A stretch of DNA of 64,000 nt from Eledone cirrhosa (Eukaryota). The position numbers and the translations under genes are program-made. The notes beneath the pieces are model-generated. The model ran no database searches. It was not told the origin of the DNA and saw only the letters and a program-made list of their open reading frames with translations. The DNA is taken from positions 22,010,001-22,074,000 of the forward strand of contig OZ024753.1 in NCBI GenBank assembly GCA_964016885.1, in the 5' to 3' direction. Of this stretch, positions 41,571 through 53,900 are shown in pieces (the first letter of the stretch is position 1; the number at the start of each line of letters is the position of its first letter).

Positions 41571-43173
41571 CTGAGGACCCTACTAGGAGAGCCACCCTCC
41601 ACAGCCCAGAGCACCGGGGAGATCAGGCGGCTGTTTGAGGAACTGGATGTTGAGACAGAGCCCTTCACCAGAGAGGAGCTTCAGAGAGCCAAGAAGAGGA
41701 TCAAGGAGGGCAAGGCTCATGGAGAAGATGGAGTGGCATCAGAGGTGATGAAGAGGTGTGATTTTGATGATATCATCCTGGGGTTCTGTAACGGGGCACT
41801 GGAGAAAGGAGTTGCCCCGAATCAGTGGAGGATCAGTAACATCGTCCCAGTGCCAAAGAAGGGAGATCTCTCTAACACCAACAGCTACCGGGGGATCTCA
41901 CTGACGTCACTTGTGGCAAAGACCCTCAACAGGATGATTCTTAACAGGATCCAGCCTGAGATGGAGAAGAAGCTCACGGACAACCAGAACGGCTTCAGAG
42001 AGGGTAGATCAACCACCAGTCACATCCTGATGCTGAGGAGGATATTAGAGGGAGCTAGAGCAAAGTGTCTTCCTGCGGTCATGGTGTTCATTGACTTTAG
42101 GAAGGCCTTTGATTCTGTGGACCGTTACTGCCTGATGAAGATCTTACAGGCTTATGGAATCCCCAAGAAGATAGTGGATCTGATATCACTGCTCTACAGC
42201 AACACCAAAGCCCAAGTCATTACACCTGATGGGATGACAGAGTTCTTTGAGATACTGGCTGGAGTGCTGCAGGGAGATACAGTGGCTCCCTACCTTTTTA
42301 TCATCGTAGTGGACTATTGTATGCGCCTTGCACTGGAGAAACACCAGGACTCTGGCTTTACTGTAGCACCGGCTCAGAGCAGGAGAGTTAGGGCGAAAAA
42401 GGTATCGGATGCTGAATTTGCCGACGACATAGTTTTGGTGACAAATACAGTGAAGGAGGCAGAGGATTTGATGCGGGAGGTTGAGACTGTGTCGATGAGT
42501 GTGGGGCTGAGAATGAATGAGACTAAAACAAAATATCTGGTAGAGAATGTTGAGAAGCCAGAGGGGATCACTAATGTAGGCGGGAGGCCGCTGGAATTGG
42601 TTGAGGACTTCCTGTATTTGGGAGCAAAGATTGGGAATACGGAAGATGATGTGGTTGAGAGGAAGAGCAAGGCCTGGGCGGCGTGCCACAGCTTGAGATC
42701 GGTGTGGAAGTCGGACCTTCGTAGAGACCTGAAGATCCGCCTCTTCATTGCTGTAGTGGAGTCTGTGCTGCTGTATGGGTCTGAGACTTGGACACTGACC
42801 AAGAAACTCACTCAGATGGTGGATGGGTGCTACACGAGAATGCTGAGGATGGCTCTGAACATTAATCAGTATACACTGAGGATGAAAAACTCAGAGCTGT
42901 ATGGGAGCATCCCAAAAGTCAGCTCAAAAGTGACACAGAGGAGACTGAGGTTGGCTGGACATGCTCACCGACATCCAGAGTTGACATTGCACTCAGTGCT
43001 CCTGTGGGAGCCCCTACATGGACACACTAGAAGGGGAAGACCAAGGTTAACGTATGTTGATGTCCTAAGGACAGAAACTGGTATGTTGTAGATGCAGGAC
43101 ATGGCAGCGATAATGAGGGACAGAGACCGCTGGAGAGAACTCGTCCATGGATCTCGGGGATTTTATCCGCCTT

Positions 43174-43175
<2 letters not shown>
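41571..43175 (+). mobile_element. RTE-like LINE 3' segment (RT to C-terminus, premature stop at 43089-43091, natural stop ~43175)
   Basis: YRGISL, QNGFR, FIDFRKAFDS, GVLQGD, FADD, FLYLG, LLYGSETW, RRLRLAGH, RGRP; reading resumes MQDMAAIMRDRDRWRELV; (TA)n tail. Confidence 0.93.
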
Positions 43176-43228
<53 letters not shown>

Positions 43229-43231
<3 letters not shown>

Positions 43232-43822
43232 CAATTATCAAAGTTCTGTTCAAATCATTTAATAGCTGACAATCGTTTCTTCCAAACTCTCGTTTGTAGT
43301 CATTGGAGCATTATCAATGTTTGCACATATAATTACCCTCCTATTCAACTGAACAATAATATAGCTACATATAAATTGATGTTGTGACCAACAGTTTCGT
43401 ATTTACAGGGTGGAATTGATGTGACATATATTTTACGAGAATTGTACAATAATTGTACAAACATTCAAGTTAAAATTCAAATCAAAATAAAAATAAAAAT
43501 AAAAATAAAAATAAAAATAAAAATAAAAATAAAAATAAAAATAAAAATAAAAAGCACGGAGTGGAATACATGCAACAGTTAAAATAAGGGAATAGTCCAA
43601 ATATTAAAGAGGCGTTGGGGAAGCAGTTTTGAGAAAGGAAGAGTGCGATAACAAATCATAAGCAGGCGTGTGGATAGTGCGACTGCGTAAGTCATATACA
43701 TGAGAAGGAGACAAGCAAAGCTATTATGCATATATTGATAATGCTCCGATGACTCCAAACGAGAGTTGGGAAGAAACGATTGTCAGCTATTAAATGATTT
43801 GAAGACAACTTTGATAATTGTA
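43229..43822. repeat. ~100-bp inverted repeats (43229-43320 / 43731-43822), each with a hammerhead-like fold; (AAAAT)n inside; PLE pLTR remnant
   Basis: Arms are reverse complements; the plus arm reads GCU-CCGAUGA-CUCC..GGGAA-GAAAC-GAUU-GUC-AGC then ATTAAA. Confidence 0.75.
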
Positions 43823-43993
43823 TAATTTATTTATTTAACTGCTCTGTAAAACAACTGATGTTCATACATTGAGCTATTTCTCTTACTGGTAATAAGGTAA
43901 TTAAGAAATTACTGACCTTCCTGTTTATAGTTGTTTATACTATATACATAACTATAAGTAGTATTATTATATATATGTATATGTATGTATATG

Positions 43994-44071
<78 letters not shown>

Positions 44072-44213
44072 TATATGTATGTATGTATATGTATATATAT
44101 ATGTATATATATATACATATATATATATATATGTAAGTATATATATGTAAGTATATATATGTAAGTATATGTATGTATGTATATGTATATATCTATGTAT
44201 ATATATGTATATA

Positions 44214-44273
<60 letters not shown>

Positions 44274-44369
44274 TATATGTATGTATATTTATATGCACAC
44301 AACACACAAAAACAAGATGGCGTAGGACAGAACAAAGGAGAGGTTCAAAAACAAAGAAAAGAATCCCCA

Positions 44370-44412
44370 GTCACTGAAGAGGTCACAGAATGTGTGACGA
44401 AAGAACTTTGAC
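44370..44412 (+). ncRNA. Minimal hammerhead ribozyme candidate
   Basis: GUCA-CUGAAGA-G-GUCAC..GUGAC-GAAA-G AA C-UU-UGAC; stem I GUCA/UGAC; one unpaired G before stem II. Confidence 0.55.
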
Positions 44413-44619
44413 AATATATGAACAATCATCTGGTTGTGGAACCAACCAACCAACCGGAAATTTATAAATTCCTAAATTTATAAATTTAATTTATAATAAA
44501 TTGGAGTGAAACAACTGGTGCGTGTGTTTCTTATTGGCAACATGACCCTCCCAAAGTATAACAATAATGGTTTCAACACACGTTTTCAGATAAAGAATCT
44601 TGCTAAACAAATTCAGAAA

Positions 44620-44659
<40 letters not shown>

Positions 44660-44904
44660 AAAGGATAACAAGTACGATTGGTTACTCCTTCATTACATTT
44701 ATTGGTAGGTGACGCGCGTTTCGCCACTGATCAGCTCAAGGTTCGATCTGTATCGATCCTACCTGAAACTCAATGATCGGCAGCTCGAGGGACCCTTTGA
44801 AATGCTATAAGAAAATGAAATACATGCTATGTGGTAAAGACAGAGTTTCAAGAGTTTTCAATATGAGTTGTTTTGATTGGTGGGAAAGATCAAAGGGATG
44901 TACT

Positions 44905-45652
44905 GGCCTGTAGTGTATGTGAGGGTGGATGTGATGATAAGATGTTGGTGACGGTCGCTGGCTGTGATGGTCTGTGGTGTGGTGGTGGCGGATTGGCTGT
45001 CTTGTAGTGTATATGGTGGTGGATGTGATGATAAGATGTTGGTGACGGTCGCTGGCTGCGATGGGCTGTGGTGTGGTGGTGGCGGATTGGCTTTGTCCTG
45101 CTGTGTATGTGGGGGTGGATGTGATGATAAGATGTTGGTGACGGTCGCTGGCTGCGATGGGCTGTGGTGTGGTGGTGGCGGATTGGCTTTGGCCTGTAAT
45201 GTATGTGGGGGAGGATGTGATGATAAGATGTTGGTGACGGTCGCTGGCTGCGATGGGCTGTGGTGTGGTGGTGGCGGATTGGCTTTGTCCTGCTGTGTAT
45301 GTGGGGGTGGATGTGATGATAAGATGTTGGTGACGGTCGCTGGCTGCGATGGGCTGTGGTGTGGTGGTGGCGGATTGGCTTTGTCCTGCTGTGTATGTGG
45401 GGGTGGATGTGATGATAAGATGTTGGTGACGGTCGCTGGCTGCGATGGGCTGTGGTGTGGTGGTGGCGGATTGGCTTTGTCCTGCTGTGTATGTGGGGGT
45501 GGATGTGATGATAAGATGTTGGTGACGGTCGCTGACTGGGATGGGCTGTGGTGTGGTGGTGGCGGATTGGCTTTGGCCTGTAATGTATGTGGGGGAGGAT
45601 GTGATGATAAGATGGCGGTGACGGTCGCTGACTGGGATGGGCTGTGGTGTGG
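44905..45652. repeat. 96-bp minisatellite, 8 units, inside the PLE arm
   Basis: GTGATGATAAG at 44931, 45025, 45121, 45217, 45313, 45409, 45505, 45601. Confidence 0.97.
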
Positions 45653-46246
45653 GGGTAGTGGGTTGTCGGTAGACGGGTTGGCGTGTGTGGGGTGTGGTTG
45701 TGGTGTTGTTGTTTATGGTAGTGGCGTTTGTGGTGGTGTGGTGGATGTGTCGGTGGTGTTGAGTCCATGGGGAGATACATACCTAGACACTCTTAGTCTG
45801 ACAAATACGCTGTATATATACATACATATACATGCGCACATATACTGATATATATACATACGTACACACTTATATACACGCACATACACGCGCCCACATA
45901 GATCCACACATACATATATCTATATTCATATATACGCACATGTATGTGCATGCGCGCGTGTGGATATATACAGAGAGAGTGGAGGAGTATCGGTGGGGTG
46001 GCGTAGAACAAAGATAGAGGGAAGATTTGAGCCAATGGAGTTGGTGTTGTACATCTAGACATACACATACATACATACACACATACACACATACACACAC
46101 ACATACTCACATATATGGATATGCACACATACACGTACACACACGTATACATAAACATACACACATACATACATACACACATATATATATATACATATAT
46201 ATATATATTTATATATATATATATTTATATATATACATACATACAT

Positions 46247-46852
46247 ATGGTGGCTGCCAACTCGTTTTCGAGTACGGCCGCTACTTTTTATCCATGTAGG
46301 AGAACCCCTACCGATGCGCTGAACGAATGTGACTTTTTAGTCCAGCCACCGACTTGAAAACTCTGGTCCAAACACTACACTTGTGACAATTATTGACACA
46401 TAGTGCTGGGCCCAGTGTACCATGTGACGACAAGTGCAGAGAGATCTCCAGATATAAAGCAATGCCTGTGCCGTGAAGCTTTTAGAGTGAGCAAAGGCAC
46501 TGCACAAAGCCAGTCCCACTCTCTTAACCAAGATGATATTTACCAAAAAGAAGAACAAGTCAACATCATTTCATACCATCAGAGTTGCAGGTGTTATATA
46601 AGAGTTTTCCTTCTCCTAGAATTCTGCCTTGACAAGGCTAAGGGGTCATCTCTCCCGGTGACTTTGGATGGCCATTGACTCTTAAGACCTCCTTTTCCCT
46701 TTGACAGGTTTTGTTTTTAGTCCTGCAGGATGTCCAAAGTCACCCTCCTCACCAAGAAACCTTGGTGGGGTTGCCAGTTTAGTCGCCAACGACCCGACCA
46801 TGAGACAGGTTGTACTGGGATACATGTTACCAGTAGCACCAACTGGTGACCT
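46247..46852 (-). mobile_element. ~600-bp bipartite RTE-derived SINE-like element nested in the PLE arm
   Basis: Reverse complement of 50152-50758; absent from the matching position in the right arm. Confidence 0.9.
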
Positions 46853-47694
46853 GACATACATACATATACATACATGTATACGCACATATATATAAAAAGT
46901 ACTTACACACAGACACACGCACTTGCGTTGGTTCGAGAGGGAAGGTATGTGTTGGCGGTGTTGATGAAGTTAATGGAAGTTGAGGTATGGAGTTGTGTCT
47001 TGTGGTGGTGGTGGTGGAGTTGTGAGTGACAAAAATATACAGGATCGAATAATACGATGGGTTACAGGTTAAAAGGTGACATAGGGAACGCAGGGGAAAA
47101 CAAGTTTATGGACGTATAGCGATGTGTGTTGTGGTCATGGTGGTGGTGCTGGGGTGATATGTTCAACAAAATGATTACATGATCAGATGTTACGGTGGGT
47201 TACAGGGTAAGGCAGACGGAGGGCGGATATAACACAGTCGATCTGGGAGTGAGCGATGATATGTGTTGATGATGTTAATGATTGTTGAAGTATGTGGATG
47301 TATCTAGTGGTGGCGGTGGTGTTGTGTGCGACAGTACATTTACAGGGTCGAATTTAGTGTGGGGTTGTAGGTTAGGGTAGACAGAGGGAATATGGGGGAA
47401 TATGGTTGCGGGTGTGGATGGTAGACATATGACGATGTGTGCTGTGGTGGTGGTGGCGATGGTGTGATATGATCGACATTGTATTTTCTGGATCAGATGT
47501 TATTATGGTTTGCAAGGTAAAACCTGACAGAGAGAACAGATAGAACACAATGTTGCAAGGATGAGGGGTGTATGGCGAAGTGATTTTTGGTGGGGGTGAT
47601 GTATGCGGCATGATATACAAAATGGTTACATGCAATACAATAAAATAAATTCACTGAGATGGGCGATGGTGAGACGGGGCAGAGGTGGTTATTA

Positions 47695-48435
47695 TTATGC
47701 TGAGTCATGGTTAGTGTGTGGCCCTCCCCCGAATGTTTGTGCGGAAAATGTGTTCAGCCCGGTGTGTCTGCAATTGATAATTATGTCCGACCTATAGTTT
47801 ATGGCAGATTTTAATTTAATTATTTCTACCGCCTCAGCCAGGCATAACCTGCAGTGGTTTCTGTCACTGGTGAGTTGTGCCACGCGTCTTTTCACTGACC
47901 ACGAGATCTGGGGTTCGATGTTCCTGTCCTTGAGGTCCCAGATCAAATCGGCCAGTCTGGTTTGTGATTGTTTCAGGCTATGTTTAAAGGAGCTTCTTGG
48001 TTATACCAGCGCTCCTTAAACATAGTGGATGTCGCACCTATATATGAGTACTCTTTATTGCCGGCTGTGACATCGCACCGGTAAACAATGTTTTTAACGA
48101 GGCACACCCCGTTTAGTGGGCATTCGGCCCGTTTTTTGCAGTTGTAGTTGGGTGTAACCGGTGTGGTGGCACGTTGGTGGCATGCGGTGTGGATCTGGTA
48201 TGTGGGTTGTTGTGATGTGTTGTGTGTGTGGTTTCGTTCTGGGTTGTGGTGGTGGTTTGTTGTGGGGCAACCATGTGTTTTCGTATTTTTGTCCTATTAG
48301 TGTGTGCTATTGTGTGGCCTAGATTTGGGCTGTGGAGAAAGAGAATTTTACAGTGTGTCTATTGAAGAGCTTGTGGTATTTATGTGTGCGTGGAAAAGAT
48401 TGTTCGAGAGCCCTGAAGAAGGTTCCCGGTATATT
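47695..48435 (-). pseudogene. PLE RT C-terminal/linker region and GIY-YIG endonuclease (frameshifted)
   Basis: [13 protein letters not shown]; NCKKRAECPLNGVCLVKNIVYRC..YIGATSTMFKERWYN; IWDLKD..CRLCLAE..IN.RSD....CRH. Confidence 0.85.
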
Positions 48436-48561
48436 GGTGGCGACGTGTATAGAATATACACCGGGAACCTTCTTCAGGGCTATCGAACAACCTTTTCCAC
48501 GCACACATATATACCACAAGCTCTTCAATAGACACACTGTAAAATTCTCTTTCCCCACAGC
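48328..48561. repeat. Fold-back palindrome, ~107-bp arms with a ~17-bp spacer
   Basis: 48328-48435 is the near-perfect reverse complement of 48453-48561; both strands encode PGTFFRA(L/I)[21 protein letters not shown]. Confidence 0.95.
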
Positions 48562-48706
48562 ACCAACAAGACACAACTCCACACCTCAAAATCCATTAAC
48601 TTCAGCAACACCGCCAACACATACCTTCCCTCTCGAACCAACGCAAGTGTGTGTGTCTGTGTGTAAGTATTTTTTATATATATGTGCGTATACATGTATG
48701 TATATG

Positions 48707-48769
<63 letters not shown>

Positions 48770-49815
48770 GTGTGAGTATATATGTATGTGTGTGTATGTG
48801 TATGTTTATGTATACGTGTGTGTACGTGTATGTGTGCATATCCGTATGTGTGAGTATGTGAGTACAACACCATCGCCATTGGCTCAAATCTTCCCTCTAT
48901 CTTTGTTCTACGCCACCCCACCGATACTCCTCCACTCTCTCTCTATATATCCACACGCGCGCATGCACATACATGTGCGTATATATGAATATAGATATAT
49001 GTATGTGTGGATCTATGTGGGCGCGTGTATGTGCGTGTATATAAGTGTGTACGTATGTATATATATCAGTATATGTGCGCATGTATATGTATGTATATAT
49101 ACAGCGTATTTGTCAGACTAAGAGTGTCTAGGTATGTATCTCCCCATGGACTCGACACCACCGACACATCCACCACACCACCACAAACGCCACTACCATA
49201 AACAACAACACCACAACCACACCCCACACACGCCAACCCGTCTACCGACAACCCACTACCCCCACACCATAGCCCATCCCAGTCAGCGACCGTCACCGCC
49301 ATCTTATCATCACATCCTCCCCCACATACATTACAGGCCAAAGCCAATCCGCCACCACCACACGGCAGTCCATAGCCAATCCGCCACCACCACACCACAG
49401 ACCATCACAGCCAGCGACCGTCACCAACATCTTATCATCACATCCACCCCCACATACACTACAGGCCAGTACATCCCTTTGATCCTTCCCACCAATCAAA
49501 ACAACTCATATTGTCAAACTCTTGAAACTCTGCCTTTACCACATAGCATGTATTTCATTTTCTTAAAGCATTTCAAAGGGTCCGTCGAGCTGCGGATCAT
49601 TGAGTCGGGTAGGATCGATACAGAACGAACCTTGAGCTGATCAGTGGCGAAACGCGCGTCACCTACCAATAAATGTAATGAAGGAGTAACCAATCGTCCT
49701 TGTTATCATTTCAATATATTACACTCTGTATAGCTCTACACCTCATCACAGAAGTGAACCAAAACATCGAGTGCTCTCCCGGGTGAACCTGCAGTAATTC
49801 CAAGTTACACCTCCT

Positions 49816-49850
<35 letters not shown>

Positions 49851-49867
49851 TATATGTATGTATGTAA

Positions 49868-49942
<75 letters not shown>

Positions 49943-49952
49943 TATATGTATG

Positions 49953-49984
<32 letters not shown>

Positions 49985-50002
49985 TATATAAGTATATGTA
50001 TG

Positions 50003-50088
<86 letters not shown>

Positions 50089-50151
50089 TATATGTATGTA
50101 TATGTATATATATATTTATATATACGTATATATATATATATGTATATGTAT

Positions 50152-50758
50152 AGGTCACCAGCTGGTGCTACTGGTAACATGTATCCCAGTACAACCTGTC
50201 CCATGGTCGGGTCGTTGGCGACTAAACTGGCAACCCCACCAAGGTTTCTTGGTGAGGAGGGTGACTTTGGACATCCTGCAGGACTAAAAACAAAACCTGT
50301 CAAAGGGCAAAGGAGCTCTTAAGAGTCAATGGCCATCCAAAATCACCGGGAGAGATGACCCCTTAGCCTTTGTCAAGGCAGAATTCTAGGAGAAGGAAAA
50401 CTCTGATATAACACCTGCAACCCTGATGGTATCCAATGATGTTGACTTGTTCTTCTTTTTGATAAATATCATCTTGGTTAAGAGAGTGGGACTGGCTTTG
50501 TGCAGTACCTTTGCTCACTATAAAAGCTTCACGGCACAGGCATTGCTTTATATCTGGAGATCTCTCTGCACTTGTCCTCACATGGTACCATGGGCCCAGC
50601 ACTATGTGTCAATAATTGTCACAAGTGTAGTGTTTGTACCAGAGTTTTCAATACGCTGGCTGGACTGAGAGGTCACACTCGTTCAGCGCATCGGTAGGCG
50701 TTCTCCTACATGGATATGAGGTAGTGGCCGTACTCGAAAACGAGTTGGCAGCCACCAT
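50152..50758 (+). mobile_element. ~600-bp bipartite RTE-derived SINE-like element
   Basis: RTE 5'-UTR motif TGTCAAGGCAGAATTCTAGGAGAAGGAAAACTCTGA; relic finger HKCSVCTRVFNTLAGLRGHTRSAHR* (~50620-50697); 3' TGGCCGTACTCGAAAACGAG..GCCA. Confidence 0.9.
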
Positions 50759-50959
50759 ATGTATATGTATATATATGTAAGTTTTTTACATTCATTTAAA
50801 TTATTGATTTATTGATATTTTATTTGAGTGACTCGAATCTTCCTAGTCGTTCTTTTTCGGCTGTACGGGTGATTTTTAGGCACAATCTCTATGTGTTGGT
50901 AATTTAACGATGGTTATAGCTCTGATGCGAAGGAGCTTCGACGTTACGATCTTGACATC

Positions 50960-53900
50960 GTGGCTTTGTCTGAGACGAGGTTAGCTGGAGATGGTCATCT
51001 TGCGGAATTTTGTGGAGAATATACATTCTTCTGGAAAGGAAGAGATGAAGGAACCAGAAGAGAGGCTGGGGTGGGATTTGCTGTTAAGACTGTACTGGTG
51101 AATAAATTAGAAGAATTCCCAGTGGGGATTAGTGAGCGTCTTATGTCCATGAGAGTTCCGCTGGACAAGGGAAGATATGCTACCCTGGTGAGTGTGTATG
51201 CTCCAACTATGAATTCTGTCGATGAAGAAAAACTGTCCTTTTACCATGCCTTGAAAGGTGTTTTAAGAAATATCCCTCAGGCAGACAAAGTCATCGTGCT
51301 TGGTGACTTTAATGCTAGAGTGGGTAGGGATTTTAACACATGGAATGTAATCGGAAGGCATGGGGTGGGAAAGTGTAACAGCAATGGTATGCTCTTGCTG
51401 CAGATGTGTGAGGAGCTGGATCTGTGTGTTACCAACACCATGTTCCAACAAAAGAACAAATTCAAGACCACATGGATGCATCCTGCATCTAAGGAATGGC
51501 ATCTTTTGGACTACGTCCTAGTCAGGATGCGTGACAGACAGGATGTGCAGTGTGTTCGTGTTCTTCGTGGAGCTGAGTGCTGGACGGACCACCGCCTGGT
51601 GCGCGCAAAAGTGAATCTAATCACCAAACGTAAAATCCGGGCTCCTGGTGTTACCCTGCCCAAAAGATTGAATGCTGCTCGTCTTAAGGATAAAAATGTG
51701 AAGAGGACATTGGAAGAAGAGATGCAGGCTGCAGATCTTGGTGAGGATTGGCCGACCCTTAAAAAGTCGGTTTATGATGTAGGCAGGCGTGTTCTGGGAT
51801 TGGTGCAGAGAAAACATCAGGACTGGTTTAATGAGAATGATGTACATATAGAAGACTTGTTGGCTGATAAGAGGCGTGCTCTGTCACGCTACTTGACGGC
51901 AAAACCACAGGAGAGGAATACGTTGCATGAGGAGCTCAGGGATGTAAAATCACGTGTTAGGCGGAGTCTTTCTCAGATGAAGGATCAGTGGTGGAGTGAG
52001 AAGGCTGGTGAGATACAAACTGCGTCTGATTGCAATAACACAAAGCTGTTGTACAGTCTCTTGCGTGAGGTTTATGGACCGTCTTCTTCTCTGGTGACAC
52101 CGATTCGCAGCAGGGATGGCAAAGAACTTCTTCGTGACTCACAGGGAATTCTACGAAGGTGGCGAGAGCACTTTGATGATCTTTTGAATCAGCCGTCTGT
52201 CGTCAGTGAAGATTTCCTCAATCTCATTCCGGAAAGTCCTGTGAAAGTAGCTCTCGCAGAACCTCCGACACTTGTGGAGGTTGCAGTGGCTATTTCGAAG
52301 CTGAACAGTGGAAGATCTCCAGGTATGGATGGCATACATGCTGAGCTCCTACAATATGGTGGTGAGAGACTCCTGCAACATCTTCACTCTCTGTTTGGAA
52401 GGATATGGGCTAATGAATCCGTGCCTGAGGACTGGAGAGATGCAGTAATGGTGGTCTTGTACAAGGGAAAGGGTAACAGGAATGATTGTGGGAACTACAG
52501 AGGTATATCATTGCTTTCTGTCGTGGGGAAAGTTTTATGTAGGGTGCTTCTGGACCGTCTGCTGACACACATTGCAGATTGTGTCCTTCCTGAAAGTCAA
52601 TCTGGTTTTCGTGTTGGACGCGGCACTACTGATATGATCTTCTCAGCTAGACAGCTCCAGGAGAAGTGCATTGAACAGGGCTTGGATCTGTATCAGGTTT
52701 TTGTCGATCTGACAAAGGCTTTCGATACTGTCAACAGAGATGCATTATGGAAGATTCTCCAGAAACTTGGTTGCCCTGATAAGTTCCTTGCTTTAGTTAG
52801 GTCTTTCCATGACGACATGAAGGCTTGGGTTAATGTCGGAGGTAACATGTCGGAGCCTATCTCAGTAAAAAATGGAGTGAAACAGGGGGATATTCCAGCA
52901 CCGACCCTGTTTGCCATATACTTTGCAATGGTTTTCTGTGTTGCATTCAGGAATTGCGAGCATGGTGTTTACATCCGATATCGAACCTCAGGCAGCATAT
53001 TTAACATCAGGCGCTTTGCTGCGAAGACAAAGGTATTTACATCGGTCATAAGAGACCTCTTGTATGCAGATGATTGCGATCTTGTAGCGCACACAGAGAG
53101 TGATATGCAGCACATTTTGAATGTATTTTCTGACGCTTGCACTGCCCTGGGTTTGACTGTCAGTCTCAAGAAAACCGTCGTCATGTACCAACCTGCACCT
53201 GGTGGGCAGTACACTGAACCAAACATCTATGTGTATGGCAAACGACTTGGAGTGGTTGATCAGTTTGTCTACCTGGGAAGCACTGTCAATCGATACGGCA
53301 ACCTTGACAGTGAAATCTCACTTAGGATTAGGAAAGCAAGTGATGCTTTCGGAAAGCTAGAAAGGCGACTCTGGGGTCGGCGAGACATATGCAGGAGGAC
53401 AAAGGTAAGGGTGTACAGGGCATGTGTACTCTCTTGTCTTCTTTATGCCTGCGAGACCTGGGTCACATATCGACGCCACCTTAGGCAATTGGAGCGTTTC
53501 CATCAGATGTGTCTCAGACGGATACATGGCGTTCGCTGGAGGGACCACATCAGTGATGTCGAGATTTTGGAAAGCTCTATGTGTGACAGTATAGAAGCTC
53601 TTGTGCTTAGGCAGCGACTCCGTTGGAGTGGTCACCTTGCCAGGATGAAGGATTCTAGAATACCAAAACAACTCTTCTATGGAGAGTTGGTTAAAGGAAA
53701 ACGACCGCCACATAAACCAAAAAAGAGGTATAGGGATTCCTTGAAGGCCTCTCTGAAAGACGCTAACATCTCTGCTGATACATGGGAAAATATTGCTGCT
53801 GATCGTAATAAATGGAGAAAGACTGTATATGAGGGAAAAGTTGCCTTTGAGGCATCTCGAATCGCACACGAGAAAGTAAAGCGGGACGTGAGGAAGGGTA

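Larger units (their letters stand above)
44654..49719 (-). mobile_element. 5'-truncated Penelope-like element with a long inverted pseudo-LTR (left arm 44654-~47003, right arm ~48563-49719)
   Basis: Arms are reverse complements apart from the SINE insertion and repeat copy number; the GIY-YIG region lies between them. Confidence 0.88.

Noticed and set aside
42186-42811. Antisense ORFs over RT regions (also 51263-53979)
   Set aside because: Shadow frames of the retrotransposon coding sequence
44890-45848. His-rich or metallothionein-like proteins
   Set aside because: Produced by a 96-bp minisatellite inside a PLE arm; no independent coding evidence
47695-48150. Selenocysteine-recoding Naiad PLE
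   Set aside because: The conserved Cys codons I read in this copy are TGC rather than in-frame TGA; no SECIS identified by eye
50152-50290. HDV-like ribozyme at the RTE 5' end (GGUCACC/GGUGACU could form P1 with a G-U pair)
   Set aside because: Could not place the P3/L3, P1.1 GG and P2 elements in the required order; needs an RNAMotif/Infernal test
46247-50758. The two 600-bp SINEs as part of the large inverted repeat
   Set aside because: The second copy lies outside the right arm, so these are independent insertions
50765-50930. Hammerhead (GCTCTGATG) cut by the RTE 5' junction
   Set aside because: Only six core bases; no downstream GAAA half found at the other end of the RTE
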